Shown one piece after another: positions 13,277 through 25,483 of a stretch of DNA of 63,725 bases. The notes beneath the pieces are model-generated. The model worked only from the letters and a program-made list of their open reading frames with translations. It did no database searches and was not told the DNA's origin. The translations under genes and the position numbers were made by a program. How positions within the stretch are numbered: the first letter of the stretch is position 1; each line of letters starts with the position of its first letter. The stretch comes from Lama glama (taxonomy: Eukaryota), in NCBI GenBank assembly GCA_028534125.1, contig CM052817.1, positions 31,126,001 to 31,189,725 on the forward strand, in the 5' to 3' direction.

Positions 13277-13508
13277 CTGCAAGGGGGGATACGCTGGCTT
13301 GTATTCACGTCACACTTTGGTACCAAGATGGTGCAAGCGAAGAACATGAGATATTTGTAACAGTTGGTCTGAACAAGTGCAGGGAAGAGAGAGGACTCCC
13401 AGCTGATGGATGCTTCCTTTTGTGTCCTGTGGCCAAGGTAATTTGGGTAACTTGTATGGTTGTAGGGCAAATTCATGCAGAGTTCCAACGTAATTGTCTC
13501 ACACTGAC
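13277..13508 (-). CDS. CORIN: CORIN exon 11 (frizzled CRD 2, N-terminal part), 232 bp, phase 1-2
   Basis: (S)QCETITLELCMNLPYNHTSYPNYLGHRTQKEASISWESSLFPALVQTNCYKYLMFFACTILVPKCDVNTSQRIPPC(R). Acceptor ttgttag, donor gtagta. Confidence 0.97.
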
Positions 13509-13639
13509 CTAACAAAAAACACACATACACATATACATATTACATAACTGTTTAATTTCACATGTAAGACAATTTCTTAAAAGCTTACAAAATTGAAGTC
13601 TATCTTACCCTCTTTCTTTAAAGTAGCTAAGATAAGAAT

Positions 13640-13790
13640 GAACTATATTCAATACCTTGCAATAGCCTACAATGAAAAAGAATAAGAAGAGAAATATATT
13701 CATGTATAATTGAATCACTATGTTGTATCCCAGAAACTAACAAAACACTAAACTGACTATACCTCAATAAAAAAATAAAATAAAATAAAC
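13640..13790 (+). mobile_element. 5'-truncated L1 3' end, relatively young lineage-specific type
   Basis: aactatattcaataccttgcaatagcctacaatgaaaaagaa...actgactatacctcaataaaaaaataaaataaaataaa, ending in an A-rich tail. Confidence 0.85.
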
Positions 13791-13816
13791 TGGACCTCAC
13801 TTAAATTAAGAACATC

Positions 13817-14235
13817 ACCAGTATATATACACAATGGAATACTACTCAGCCATAAAAAAGAATGAAATCTTGCCATTTATAACAACATGGATGGACTTTG
13901 AGGGAATTACTATAAGCAAAATAAGACAGATGGAGAAAGACAAATATTGTATGATTTTACTCATATGAGGAATCAAAAAAAAAAGAAAATCAAACAAAAC
14001 AAAACAGAAATAAACTCATAGATACAGAAAACAGATTAGTGGTTACCAGAGGGGAAGCTGATAGGGGATTAAGGAGTTGGCTAAATGAGTGAAGGGGACT
14101 ACTTATATGGTAACAGATGTGAATTAAACTTTTGGTGGTGATCACTCTGTAGTGTTTACAGATAATCAAATTATAATGTTGTGTACCTGAAAGTTAGGTA
14201 ATGTAATATATCAATTATACCTCAACTTAAGAAAT
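13817..14235 (+). mobile_element. L1MA-like 3' UTR fragment with 11-bp TSD
   Basis: acaatggaatactactcagccataaaaaagaatgaaatcttgccattt..., the L1 3' consensus. TSD ttaagaacatc at 13806-13816 and 14236-14246. Confidence 0.88.
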
Positions 14236-16548
14236 TTAAGAACATCTGTTTACCTAAAAGAAAAAAAAACGAAGAGAGTGTAAAGTATATGTACATATAA
14301 TCTAGAAAATGTAAAGAACCCTTATACATTAAAAAGGCAAATAAAAATAATATAGTCATGGAAGTGATATTCATTAAAAAAATCAATGAGCTTGGCTAAA
14401 TAAGCAATTATATGACTTTCTAATACATGTTTTATTATTGTTCAGTGTATAATGCTACATGATTTAAGGGCAAGAGGAGGCGGAGGTCCATTGGCTATCC
14501 ATTACCAGTGAGATGATTCCTCACCCTTTATCTTGGCATCCAAGGCTATTTCATACTCCAAACCATAGCCCAACTTTCCAGCCTCACCACCAGTGACTAT
14601 CTCACCAGCAGTATATTCTTAGTAACACCAGACGTTTTAAGAATTGCATGCCTTTGTGGGCCCTGTGAGCTTCTCTTTTATCCCCTTCTTCCCTTCACAC
14701 ACTTGTAAACACCCTTCAAACACAATCATGCTTCTAGCTGCCAAGTGAATAGAGCACTTACTGCCTGGAATCATCTTTTTCATCCTCCCCATCAAGCAAA
14801 TTCGTCCTCTGTCTGCAGCACTCAGCACAAACACCACTTCTAGGAAGCCTTCCTGGCCAACCACCCATCCCCGCCCACTCCCAACAGGAATCTCTGCTGA
14901 GAGCCACAGAGTCACCTGCCATGCAAATTGCCCTCTGCTCTATTCTTGACTGACTTACTTGCCCACCCCCACCGAATTCTGAGATTTTTGTGAAATGAGA
15001 CTTTATATCTTGATCTCAAAGCCTATATCTAACACAGTGCGAGAATTAAGGAAGGAAGGGGTTGGGGGACAGTCAGCAATGTAAAAACATTTCAAATGTA
15101 AAAATATTGAAGAATAAAGCCCCTGCCATTAAAGTACTCTAAGTCTTCAGAGAAGAAAGACACAGGTGAGGTAGCCGCGGCATAACGTGAACAGGCCAGG
15201 ATCAGCGGTATTGAACAAAATGCTGAGTCCAGGACGACAAGGTGGGCAAGAGCAGCTGGTGGAGCCTTCCCAGGGTAAGTGGGGTTTGAGTAGGTCTTGC
15301 AGTACAAAGGCTTCCAGCTGCCTCTCTGTCTGCGGAAGATGCGCCACATTCCGGGCGAACAGAAGTAATCAAGGGAGTGGCTTGGGGGAATCAAGCCCAC
15401 CGAAGACTTCACACCTTTTTAAGACTAATTATTCAAATTGAATTTAATGACTTGACTAAGAAGTGGTACGCAGGCAAGCTGATTAGCAAGAAGGACTGCA
15501 GTGAAATATTAAAACAGCTCTGGGACTATTTCTCAATTTGAAGAATCTGAGGGCTTTGCGGAGGTGTTGCTGATGAACTCTGACGCTGGCCAGATTAAAA
15601 ACTCTCCTGCACCAAGTGTATAAGACTCAGTTTACTGGGGAAGAAGGAACACTGGAAAGTGGGCACAGTCTTGAGGATGCCGGCAGGGTGGAGAGGAAAG
15701 AAAGAGATGGACGAGGTGTGGGTGGGATGGGCTCAGCTGGTCACTTCTTCCATTCGTGAAAGAGGAATAAAGTTAAGGTGTTTCAATTTCAGATTACACA
15801 CAAAAAAATGCATATTCTTTAAAACAATAAAAACAATACAAAGATGCACACAGGAAAAGCCCATTACCTCCCCACCCCTTTTCTCTTAACTTCCCTCAAA
15901 GCAAACAGGTGGGTTTAATCCTCCCATGCCTTTCACTTGCTCATATTGATACATACAAGCATTTACACACCCAGGCAGAGATTCGTCTTTGCTTTTGCGA
16001 AAGTAGAATCGTACTACTCCTGTTCCTCTTCAACTTGCTTTTGATGCTTAATTGCCTATCATGACCATCATGACAAATCAGTAGATGCAGTTCAAACTCT
16101 ATTTTTCCGAATTTCTTTAATATATTTATAATTTTACAAAAACTGGGATCACTCACACACATTTTGATGTAGTCTTTTTTTCCCTGCATACGCCTTTTCT
16201 TTCTCTCTCTTCCTCAATCACCCTATCAAGTTTTTACTTTTCGTTGGTTTATTCCATTGAGATGATTAGTAGACATATCACATGGGTAACTTTTCTCTCT
16301 TTTGATATGTGGTGGATGTATCAGTTTTGATTTGGGATAAGACAGAATCTTTAAGCGTTTAGAGTCAAGGGAGATGAAAGGAGTAAGTTATGATCATATA
16401 TCATTCTGAGATCTTAAGTGAATGTGGTTAAGGTTGATTGAATCTTGTTTTGTTCCTTCATAAAGGCATTCTTCAGAATGCTAAGCAAAATAAAATCTCA
16501 AGATATCTGGCAGCCTCAAATTCTATGATTTATGGTATCAGTAAACTT

Positions 16549-16769
16549 TTTTAATTTCAGAGTTTGTTTGTTTTAGTTTTAGGATGGTCACTTTACAACA
16601 TGTCAGTTTCTCGTGTACAGCATGTTTTAGTCATACATATTCATGTATTTCTTTTCAATTCTTCTTCATTTCCATTATAGGTTACTACAAGATACTGAAT
16701 ATAGTTCCCTGTGCTATACAAAATGAACTTGTTGTTTATCTGTTTTATATATAGTAGTTAGCATCTGCA
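16549..16769 (-). mobile_element. 5'-truncated L1 3' end with TSD
   Basis: ttataggttactacaagatactgaatatagttccctgtgctataca (antisense L1 3' UTR). TSD atca(g/a)taaactt at 16537-16548 and 16770-16781. Confidence 0.87.
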
Positions 16770-16822
16770 ATCAATAAACTTCCTAAGCTTAAGCATTAGA
16801 CTCACTCATGACTGATTTACAA

Positions 16823-16841
16823 CAGCCACTAGAGGGCGATC
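16823..16841 (+). promoter_or_regulatory. Candidate CTCF site
   Basis: cagccactagagggcgatc closely matches the CTCF core CCAC(C/T)AG(A/G)GGGCG. Confidence 0.6.
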
Positions 16842-17189
16842 TCATCACAAACATGTGGGAACATTTTGCTGTTGCAGGGCCGTTTTCAGTTTGAAAGGTA
16901 TCCTGAACACAGACAAGGTTTATTAAATATCTCTTGAAAAACTAATCCTGATGGAGTCTGCATGATAGACCACCTTTCAAAGTCTGAAACAAGATTTGTT
17001 AAATTCAACCTAAAGACAGTTTGTTAACTAAATGATATTACATCTTTATCGTGATGTAATACCTCAAGCCTTTGGAAATCATGTACTATGGTGGTTATTC
17101 ACATGGGAAGACGTCATTTTCAACATCCATTAGCATATATATGATTCCAAGATTCACTTTTGCATCAAACTTTAAATCTCTCTTTATCA

Positions 17190-17880
17190 TTATTATTTTT
17201 AATAACTTGAAGAGCTATATTACAAGGTGAACACCCTTGTAGTTAACCCAGGTCAAGAAACTGAACTTTGCCAAGCATCCCAGATGCCCTCCATATACGT
17301 CTTATGTCAACTTCTCCTTCCCCTACGAAGAACCTACTGAGTTTCAGAGTTATCCCTTCTTTACTCTTCTTTATAGTTTTACTATCTGAGTATACACCGC
17401 ACCCTAGACACCACAGTTTAGGATGACCCATTTTTGAAAACCTATTTTGTCTTTCAAGTCTCTTACAGTGTTTGTGTTCCCTTCCCACCTCTTGATGTTT
17501 TCTTAACTATTGAAGAAACCAGGGATTTGACCTGCAGCGTGTGCTGGAGGTTGGATTTTGCTGATTGCACGCTCATGGTGAGGTTGAACACGATCCCCCG
17601 TCCTCCTGGTTTCCCAACAGCAGCTGAATCCAGGGGGTTGATTAGGTTTCATCCCTTTGGCAAGACTCAAGGTGCTGCCCTGTTCTTTCCTCAGAAGACA
17701 CATCTACCTGATTGCTTTTCATGATGTCTACAGCTGCACGTCCATGATCAGTGACTTGACCCGTTAATTCCCTTCATTACCAAATGAAGTGTTCTAATTC
17801 AATCATGTATTTTTCACTTGTTAGTTGGGAATGCTTTTAGAAAGAGATCATTCCTCTCTTCTATGATTTGCTCCCGAGAA
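17190..17880 (-). mobile_element. Old L1M (L1MC/ME-like) 3' fragment, boundaries approximate
   Basis: Antisense L1 3' motifs such as acccaggtcaagaaactgaactttgccaagcatcccagatgccctcc. Confidence 0.6.
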
Positions 17881-18833
17881 CTAAAGCCCTTAAACATTAT
17901 GTTTGGCTTTTTTGTTTTTATAATACACCCTTACACTATTTGTTCCTTCCAACCAGAGATTGCAAAGGGAGGGAAGGAAATTGACAGGCCACTGGGAAAT
18001 TATTCAAAGGTTCGTTTCTTCCTAGAAATAACTATTCGATGGCAGTGGGGGAGTCATACTACCATCTTCCCACTCATTATGTGACTTTGGTTTTCTCTTT
18101 ATGTTCTTCTTTCCCAAGGGTCTCACTGTCTAATCAGCTACTTCATTCACCATAGATGTTCTTGCCAGGTTCTCTCCGGATATATTTAACAAATCTTTGA
18201 ACACCCCTGACTCTGCATGCCAGATACTGGGCTAGTCATTGGTCCCCATTTCTTCTGTGCTATTAAAAATAAGTGTTGAAGAAAAAAGTATAGAATAAAC
18301 ATGTAGACCTAAGGGTACATGGGACACTATGGGAAACCACGAGGGTCCTTGAGGTACAACAGCCATGCCGGCTTCACACAGCCCTGGCACTCGAGGGCAC
18401 AGGGATGTGGGGAGAGACACGCGCCCGGGAGCTGCTCTCACCACCAGGCTCCCCCAGCTGTGCGCACTGCACACTACGCAACGGAAGTGATGGGTCAGCC
18501 CCTCCACACCACAGTGAGGGGGAGTAACAGTCCAGGTCCTAACCCCTAAGGCAAGGATATATCTGCACTTTGCCTCCCAGCAGGGTGCAAACATTTTAAA
18601 GATTGTGGGCTGGAGTGGATGTGGTGATACTGTGATACTTCAAGCCATCAGTACACAATCATCTGAAATGTGTAATTTAGGCTTCTTAAAGAAAATTTTT
18701 AGGCATTACTGGGAATCTGAGATAAAGCATGGACCTACTCCAGTAAAAAATATGAAAAACATAAAGATATTTCTCACGTCCAATTTCAGGAATGTCACTA
18801 CCCCCAGCATTCTAGTCATGAAGAGGCCACTAA

Positions 18834-18969
18834 AGCAATGACTCTCAACCTTGGCTGCAAAACGTCACCTGGGGAATTTTGAAACTACTGATGCTTGGGT
18901 CCCACCCAGTATACCTTCAGGGACCATTAGAAAGTTATATAATAGTTTATGGGATGGCAAGAACCACTG
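18834..18969. mobile_element. MER5-like hAT-Charlie MITE
   Basis: Ends gcaatgactctcaaccttggctgca and aagaaccactg; internal tcacctgggga...tgatgcttgggtcccaccc. Confidence 0.65.
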
Positions 18970-21285
18970 TCTTCAAGGACAAGCCACCCAGCCACTCCAG
19001 TGAGAGGCTAACTCCACCAGATAGAATATCCAAATTCTCCAAACTCATATTCTCCACTGGCAGGGAGCCAGAGAAAGACAGTGCTGCCCAGTGCCCCAGA
19101 ATCTAAATGACAGTGATCTCTGATGGTGACGAAGGTCTCTAAATAATTCATCACATTTTCAAGCACATGAAGAGTTTTCCTAGAGGAGATGCTACTTGTC
19201 CATGTTTCCAGAGAGCCTAGTACACATACCACCCTGAAGCTCTTTGAAAAGCATCTTTATTCTCAACTGGAAGTTAGACATATACACTGTTTTTAATAAC
19301 ACAGAAGGAATGGGGACCAATGACAAGCCCAGTACCTGGTACTCAGAAGAGGGGGTGTTCAAATGTTTGGTGAATATATACAGAGAGAACCTGGCAAGAA
19401 AACCTATGGTGAACGAGGAAGCTGATGAGACAGTGAGACCCTGGGAAACTGAGTGCATTTGAAGAACATAAAGAGAAAATCAAAGTCATAATATGTAAGC
19501 GGGAAGATGGCAGTATGTGTCCCCCATTGAACAGTTGTCTCCAGGAAGGCTAGACTCATGTCTTCCTTCCTTGCCATTAAAGTGCCCAGCACCCATCCCA
19601 GTGCCTGGGACATCATAAGCACGCCATAAATATTGGTTAAATATACATCTGACCCGAGTTATCTAGTGTCCTTCCAACAATTTCTCTTTTTTTAATGGGT
19701 GATTACATATTTTTAATCTTGAAATGTTTTAAGTACAGAGAAAGAAAGTAGGACAACATAGGCCAGTTACTCCCCGCCTAACTAGGACACGGGCTAACCC
19801 TACTGTTTCAACTTTTTTTAAAATCTTACAGTAAGTGCCACTGCACGTCAGACAACCCCCAAAACTTTAATAAATTACACGTGTCTGAGACAACACTGCC
19901 ATTGTTCAAAATTCTGCATCCCAAGGTCAAGGTGAAGTAAAAAATAATTCTGAAAGAGTTCCAGGGCAAACTGGGAGATACGCAAAGTCAAACACTACAT
20001 GTATACACCTACATACACATACACACATATACACATACATATGGACACACATACACGTATATTTAATCAGTGTAGAGTGAGCAAAATGACCGTGCATCTT
20101 GGTGGTCAGGCTGCTATCTATCGGAACGGTTCTCTCCTGTGGGAAAGGGAGGAGGGCTGGCTACTGCACTTCCAGCCAAACAGCTATTAACAGCTTGTGA
20201 AAATAAACAAAAAAGCATGTCAGTCTCAGTTTTTAATTGGCTGTCTCCTTCACAATCCTGTCCAGCTCACTGCTCTCACCCCTTGAAGTCCCCCAAGGGG
20301 TAACGGCCCGCCTACAAGCTCTACATTGACCCAGGAAGGTCACGGAGTAGAACCAGGATCCGAAAGCGTCAACAAATTCCAGGACCCAAACCCTTCAGCC
20401 TTTCGGCCTCCCAGCCTCCAGAGGCCCTCACTGCTAGGATCTGTGCCAAGAAGTCACGCCTTCTTGCCAGCTGAAAGCTGACAGACATGCTTCTAAATCT
20501 CAAGCCCAAGCACAGGGAGGCCAAAAATTAATTATCCGAAGTGAAAGAAGTGAGCAGAAAATGAAAGCAGAGCCCAGAAGTAAGAAACCATCACTTGAAA
20601 TCAGAGCCTTTAGGGGTTTTCATTTTAAATTTCCCACAAGACTTTCTGCTCCTCCTACTCATCCCATCTTCCCCTAATCCTTCCTCCTCCTGCAGCCAGT
20701 TTAGAGAGAGCCACCTGTCTGGACCACTTGGAGCAGTTCCACTGTCACAGACACAGATTAACATCATGGCCGCAAGATCGTTACGATAGACCAGCAAAGT
20801 TCCTGGAAGGGTGAGGATAAATTTTATTATGAGAACAGATCGCCAAAGCTTCACGTGGCTGTTTAGATAAACGTCATATTTGCTTCTTGGATTAAGTTTC
20901 CATTTTTGAAGCTGGGCTTTAAAAAGGAAGAAAGATAGCATCTGCCAGCTGATGGAGCCAAGAAAATAATATATAGGAGCCGACGCTAAATGGAAAGTCA
21001 TGGTAATGACATTCAGCAACATGGACTCATCGCCCATGCATGAGGACCCATTTGTTTATGATTTAAGTTAAGTAAGGCCATTTTGCTTCTTTTCTGCTAC
21101 CACGTGGAAACTTTAAAAAAAAGAGATCATATATATATAATTTATATATATAATAAATATATATACACACACACATACGTATCTTGGAGGGATTCCAGGC
21201 TTCAGCATTTTAATGTCAATGCAAAAGGGAAAAGCTGAATGCATATCCTGATGCGGTGATTGTCTTTGTCAGCGGCTGTACTTAC

Positions 21286-21393
21286 TACAGTTATTCAGAC
21301 TGTTGCCAGGGTCACAAGGAGCGCTGCCACCACATGAATCAAGGCAGGAGTTGTACAGGCATCTTTGGTCTCCTTCTTGACACGGAGTCTGAC
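21286..21393 (-). CDS. CORIN: CORIN exon 10 (degenerate LDLR-A repeat 5), 108 bp, phase 1-1
   Basis: (G)QTPCQEGDQRCLYNSCLDSCGGSAPCDPGNSLNNC, aligning with human QTSCQEGDQRCLYNPCLDSCGGSSLCDPNNSLNNC. Acceptor tctgcag, donor gtaagt. Confidence 0.95.
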
Positions 21394-23779
21394 CTGCAGA
21401 GACGGGAGAGGCACATCACTTTGATCAGCACCTGTAAATTTCTCGCACAAGGATCTGAGGGATCTGGTGGAGAGGAGGAATGACACAGCTTTCATTTCCT
21501 TCCAACTTCTCCGAAAATATTGAACACATGTTTGAGTAGGTATTTTTTGGATTAATTTTCCTGGTGACTAAATACAGCACAGTTATTCCAGAAGGATTCT
21601 GTAGGTATGAAGAAACGAAGAGGCAACCGATCCTCAAAAAAACAGGCTGTTGTTGCTTTTAATGGAAAAGATCGCATTTTTATATTGACATGGGTGCAGA
21701 CAGTTGCTTACAAAATAAAATTCCAGTGATTGCAGGGAAAGACCAATATTTTAAAGACCCATTTGATCCCTACTCTAGTCTTCTCTCTAAGGAAAATGCT
21801 TTTCTTAATAACAAACAGGGCATCAACACAATAAGGAGGCTTTATCACAGTACGAGTCTCATGCAGCTGTTATCCGGATTTTCTGTGTGTCCTTGGAAAG
21901 TATCCTTGGCCTAGCTGCAGTGACCTGAGAATTGGGTTTCTTGTTTCCAAATGAATGACAACAGTAATGTCAGCCTAATGGCTTTTCCTTAAGGTATTTA
22001 GAGAGGAAACTGCTTTTCCCACTGATTTCCTGGTCATTTGTAGATTAAATGGATAAGGTAATAAATTACTGCCCATTCACTTTCCAGCTCTCCCCCATTA
22101 TAGCCAATTACTTTCAGATCCATCATCTGGAATCTAGAAAATCTCGCAAGGCATTTTTAAATGTAAATAACAGCATAGTATACATACAATCATTCTTATC
22201 TATAATTCTAAGACAATATTTATTATGCTGGGCTCTTTCTTTCTTCCAGCACCATTAATGTACAACACTATAAATCATAGCCTTGCAGAAAAGAGATATT
22301 GCTCCCCCCAATCTTTTTTTAATGTTACCAGGTCAAACTTTTTTTTGCAAGGTAAGTTCAGATAATTTCCACGAAATCCGTCTCTTACAGAAATTTTATG
22401 AGGACAACATGAACTTCTTATTTCTGCAGATATTAAGTGCCTGCGAGGTGACAGCTTATATGGCAAGCTTGGCCCTGAGCGTTGAAAGATAACAAAGCCC
22501 GATCATTCCTGCTCTGATCAGGGACACGGTCGTGAAGGGAATCTTACGATGCTGTGTGGTCACCGCTCCACTGAAGGGACCCGTGAAAAGCAGGAAAAGC
22601 AAACCAGGGCAGTTTAAGAGTAAAGTGTCTCAAAGGAGTTTTTCAGGCAGATGGTGTAAGTTGAGGTAAGAGGGGTGGATGGGTTTCCCCAGGAAATAGC
22701 AGGATATGCAGAGGTCTAGAGTAAAAATGTTCACAGGCTGGAATCATTGGAGGTTAAGGGAGACTCACCAGGAAGGCTGAGAGAGAGGCTGAGGGTTGGG
22801 CCCCAAGCCCTGGGAGAAGGGGTCCCTGCCTCCCTCCCAGCCTTGTGGAGCAGAACCAGCCTGCGATCACTCTGACAATTATTCAATTATAATTCACTCC
22901 CCTTCACTCTCAGCTCTCTAATGACAATGGCCTTCTCCCAGAACTCTAAACTACCTTGCTCCTTCCTGCTGTGGGACCTTTGGCCAAGCAGTTCCCCGTG
23001 TCTGAAATGCTTTCTTCCATCCCTCTCCCCTTTGTTAATTTCATTCTGTCTTCAGGTCTTACCTCCAATGTCTCCTCCTCAGGGGGCTTCCCAGAAGCCC
23101 CTTTCCAGGGAATTCTCACCATACATAGCATCCTACGACCCTGAATTTCCTCCTGACCCATGTCACTCTGCAGTTAGACAGGGACTAGCACCATTATTTG
23201 TATCATGCCTGTCTCACCCCCAGGAGCCTGCCAGCCCCATGAGCTGTTTCGCTGGCACTAAGTTTCCAGCACCACGGTACACATCTATTTGGTTAAATTC
23301 ACTAGCCTGAATAATATAAGGATGCTACGAGTTTACTTCGCGATCCGTTTGATCACATGACTTTCTTACATCTTTCACACACATGTAAGGAAATATTTAC
23401 AAATCCTGCTCCTGCATCGTGAAGAATCCAAAAGTATTTCAAACAGCAGTGAATTCTGTAGAAAAGAGGAACTATCTGATCAAAAGGGAGGTGCTTGGCT
23501 GATATGCACATAATCACTCATGGCTAGAAAAGGCTCTCCTGAATTTTAAAAATCGGTAACACGAAGCACTCCTGATCTAGTTTTTTCATGTAGTAAGTCT
23601 GTGATGAAAAGGCTCTCCTGGAAGTCTGGAATGCTTTCTCATCAAAGCCATTCTAGTGATCAATATTCATTATGAGAAAGGTAATTTAGTTACAGGTGAC
23701 CAATCTCATTAGCTGATTTGGGAAACACACAGCCCAAGGCATACTTTTACACAGTGGCCATGCGGTAACAGCCAACTCA

Positions 23780-23950
23780 CCACATGCTAACTCTGTGAAG
23801 TCGCTGTCATTATTCTGAGATTACAGACCCAGAAACTGAGATGCAACAGGCTAAGTTACTGGCCTGAAGTCAACCAGGTGGTGGGTACCAGAGCTGGGAT
23901 CTGAACCCAGGCAGCTGGACTGCAATATCCACATTCTTAACAACTAGGCT
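23780..23950 (-). mobile_element. MIR SINE
   Basis: ttacagacccagaaactgagatgcaacaggctaagttactggcctgaagtc...gagctgggatctgaacccaggcag. Confidence 0.75.
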
Positions 23951-24575
23951 CTGTAGGTAAGAGGCAAGGTCACTCAAACAAATGTAGTGATGTTTAAGTC
24001 GAGGGATATTTCCAGCCCTGCACGAAAAGATGCTTTCGTACAAACTGGGGCTTCAAACAATCAACGTGGAACTTTCTTTCCTGACATAGACACATTTTAA
24101 AAACCAACTTATTTGGTGTACTTTTTCTTCTGGGGTCTCACAGATGATCTCAGACTCCTTTTAAAGTGTATTTAAGAATATTGCTTGGTAATGTGAGGTG
24201 TTAAACTGCTTCTCTGCATGTGGTTATTTTAGGGAGCCATTACATTTAATTTCAGAAGCCAGTTCCTTCTAATTGGAATCTAGTCTAATTGAATTGACTA
24301 CTATACGCTACTTTTCTCTTTGTCATGGTTTTTCCCCCTAACTGACGCTGCCCAGGCAGCTTAAGTGTCTAACCTCTACCCTTCACCCTTAGGAATTATT
24401 TTTACTGTGAGCTGCATGAGAATTATATTTACAAGAAGGGGTTCCTGGCTGGCCAGAGCTGTGAGGCAATCTGGAATGATTTACATGGGAATCCTACTTA
24501 AGCACTTGGGTAACTTTCAGCGATTTGCTCTGTTCCCAGGGAAGGTCTGCCAGTCAGGACCGGTTCAGGACTTAC

Positions 24576-24695
24576 CGTCATCACTGCAGCTCTCCTCATC
24601 ACTCCCGTCCTTACAGTCCTCATCTCCATCACACTGGAAGGTGCTGGGGATGCACTGTCCGTTTCTGCATTCCACCAGCCCCTGGCTGTGACATG
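24576..24695 (-). CDS. CORIN: CORIN exon 9 (LDLR-A repeat 4), 120 bp, phase 1-1
   Basis: (S)[39 protein letters not shown]. Acceptor ttcctag, donor gtaagt. Confidence 0.96.
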
Positions 24696-25009
24696 CTAGG
24701 AAATGCCAAAATGACATGCACTTTAATTATCTATACTTCATTCAGTCTGCAGATCATAGAAATGATTCCCATTTATCTGGCATCACCAAACAATAAAGTG
24801 TTCTGAATATCTGACTGTTCTGCTTAAATGAATGAATAGATCATTAATTTTTTCGTTTCAAGTATTTCTGGAATGGAAAGTTTTCTTTCCAGAATTTCTC
24901 TTGACTTATCAAATAGCACTTACGAAAAACTAACTTTTTCATGATCACTGCATGGTAAAACATAGTATTTATGACAGTAGTAGTTATACTACTAATATAA
25001 AAGCTACAA

Positions 25010-25220
25010 TTAAAGGCTTACTTCATGGCAGTAACTATGTTAGGAATATTACATGTCTCATCTCAAATCCTCATAACAAACTTGCAAAGCTGATATTATC
25101 AACCTTGTTTAGAATAAGGAAACTGAAGCTTAGAGAGTTTAGTGTGTCTCTTAAAGTCTCAAGACTGTTGAAAGGTAGGGCCAGGATGTGAAGGCAAGCT
25201 TTTCGAACCCTAAACCCCAG
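25010..25220 (-). mobile_element. MIR SINE
   Basis: aatcctcataacaaacttgcaaag...aggaaactgaagcttagagag. Confidence 0.7.
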
Positions 25221-25458
25221 CATTTCACCTAGTGCCCCAATGAAATGGTGCATGTGAAAGAATGGCATAGAATTCACCTCAAAATAAACACTTAACTTCA
25301 AAACTTGTTTATGACATCTGACATTTAAAAGGGATGGTCTAGTGGCCATTAACCTTCCAATTCCTGAAGGTTGTCTTAATTCTATACCTATTGTCTGTTA
25401 GAGCCTCAGAGACCCATGTATCATGTGACCGCAGCCTTCACTGAGTTTATGTTTCTAT

Positions 25459-25483
25459 ACACACACACACACACACACACACA
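25459..25483. repeat. (CA)n microsatellite
   Basis: Run of about 12 AC units. Confidence 0.9.
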
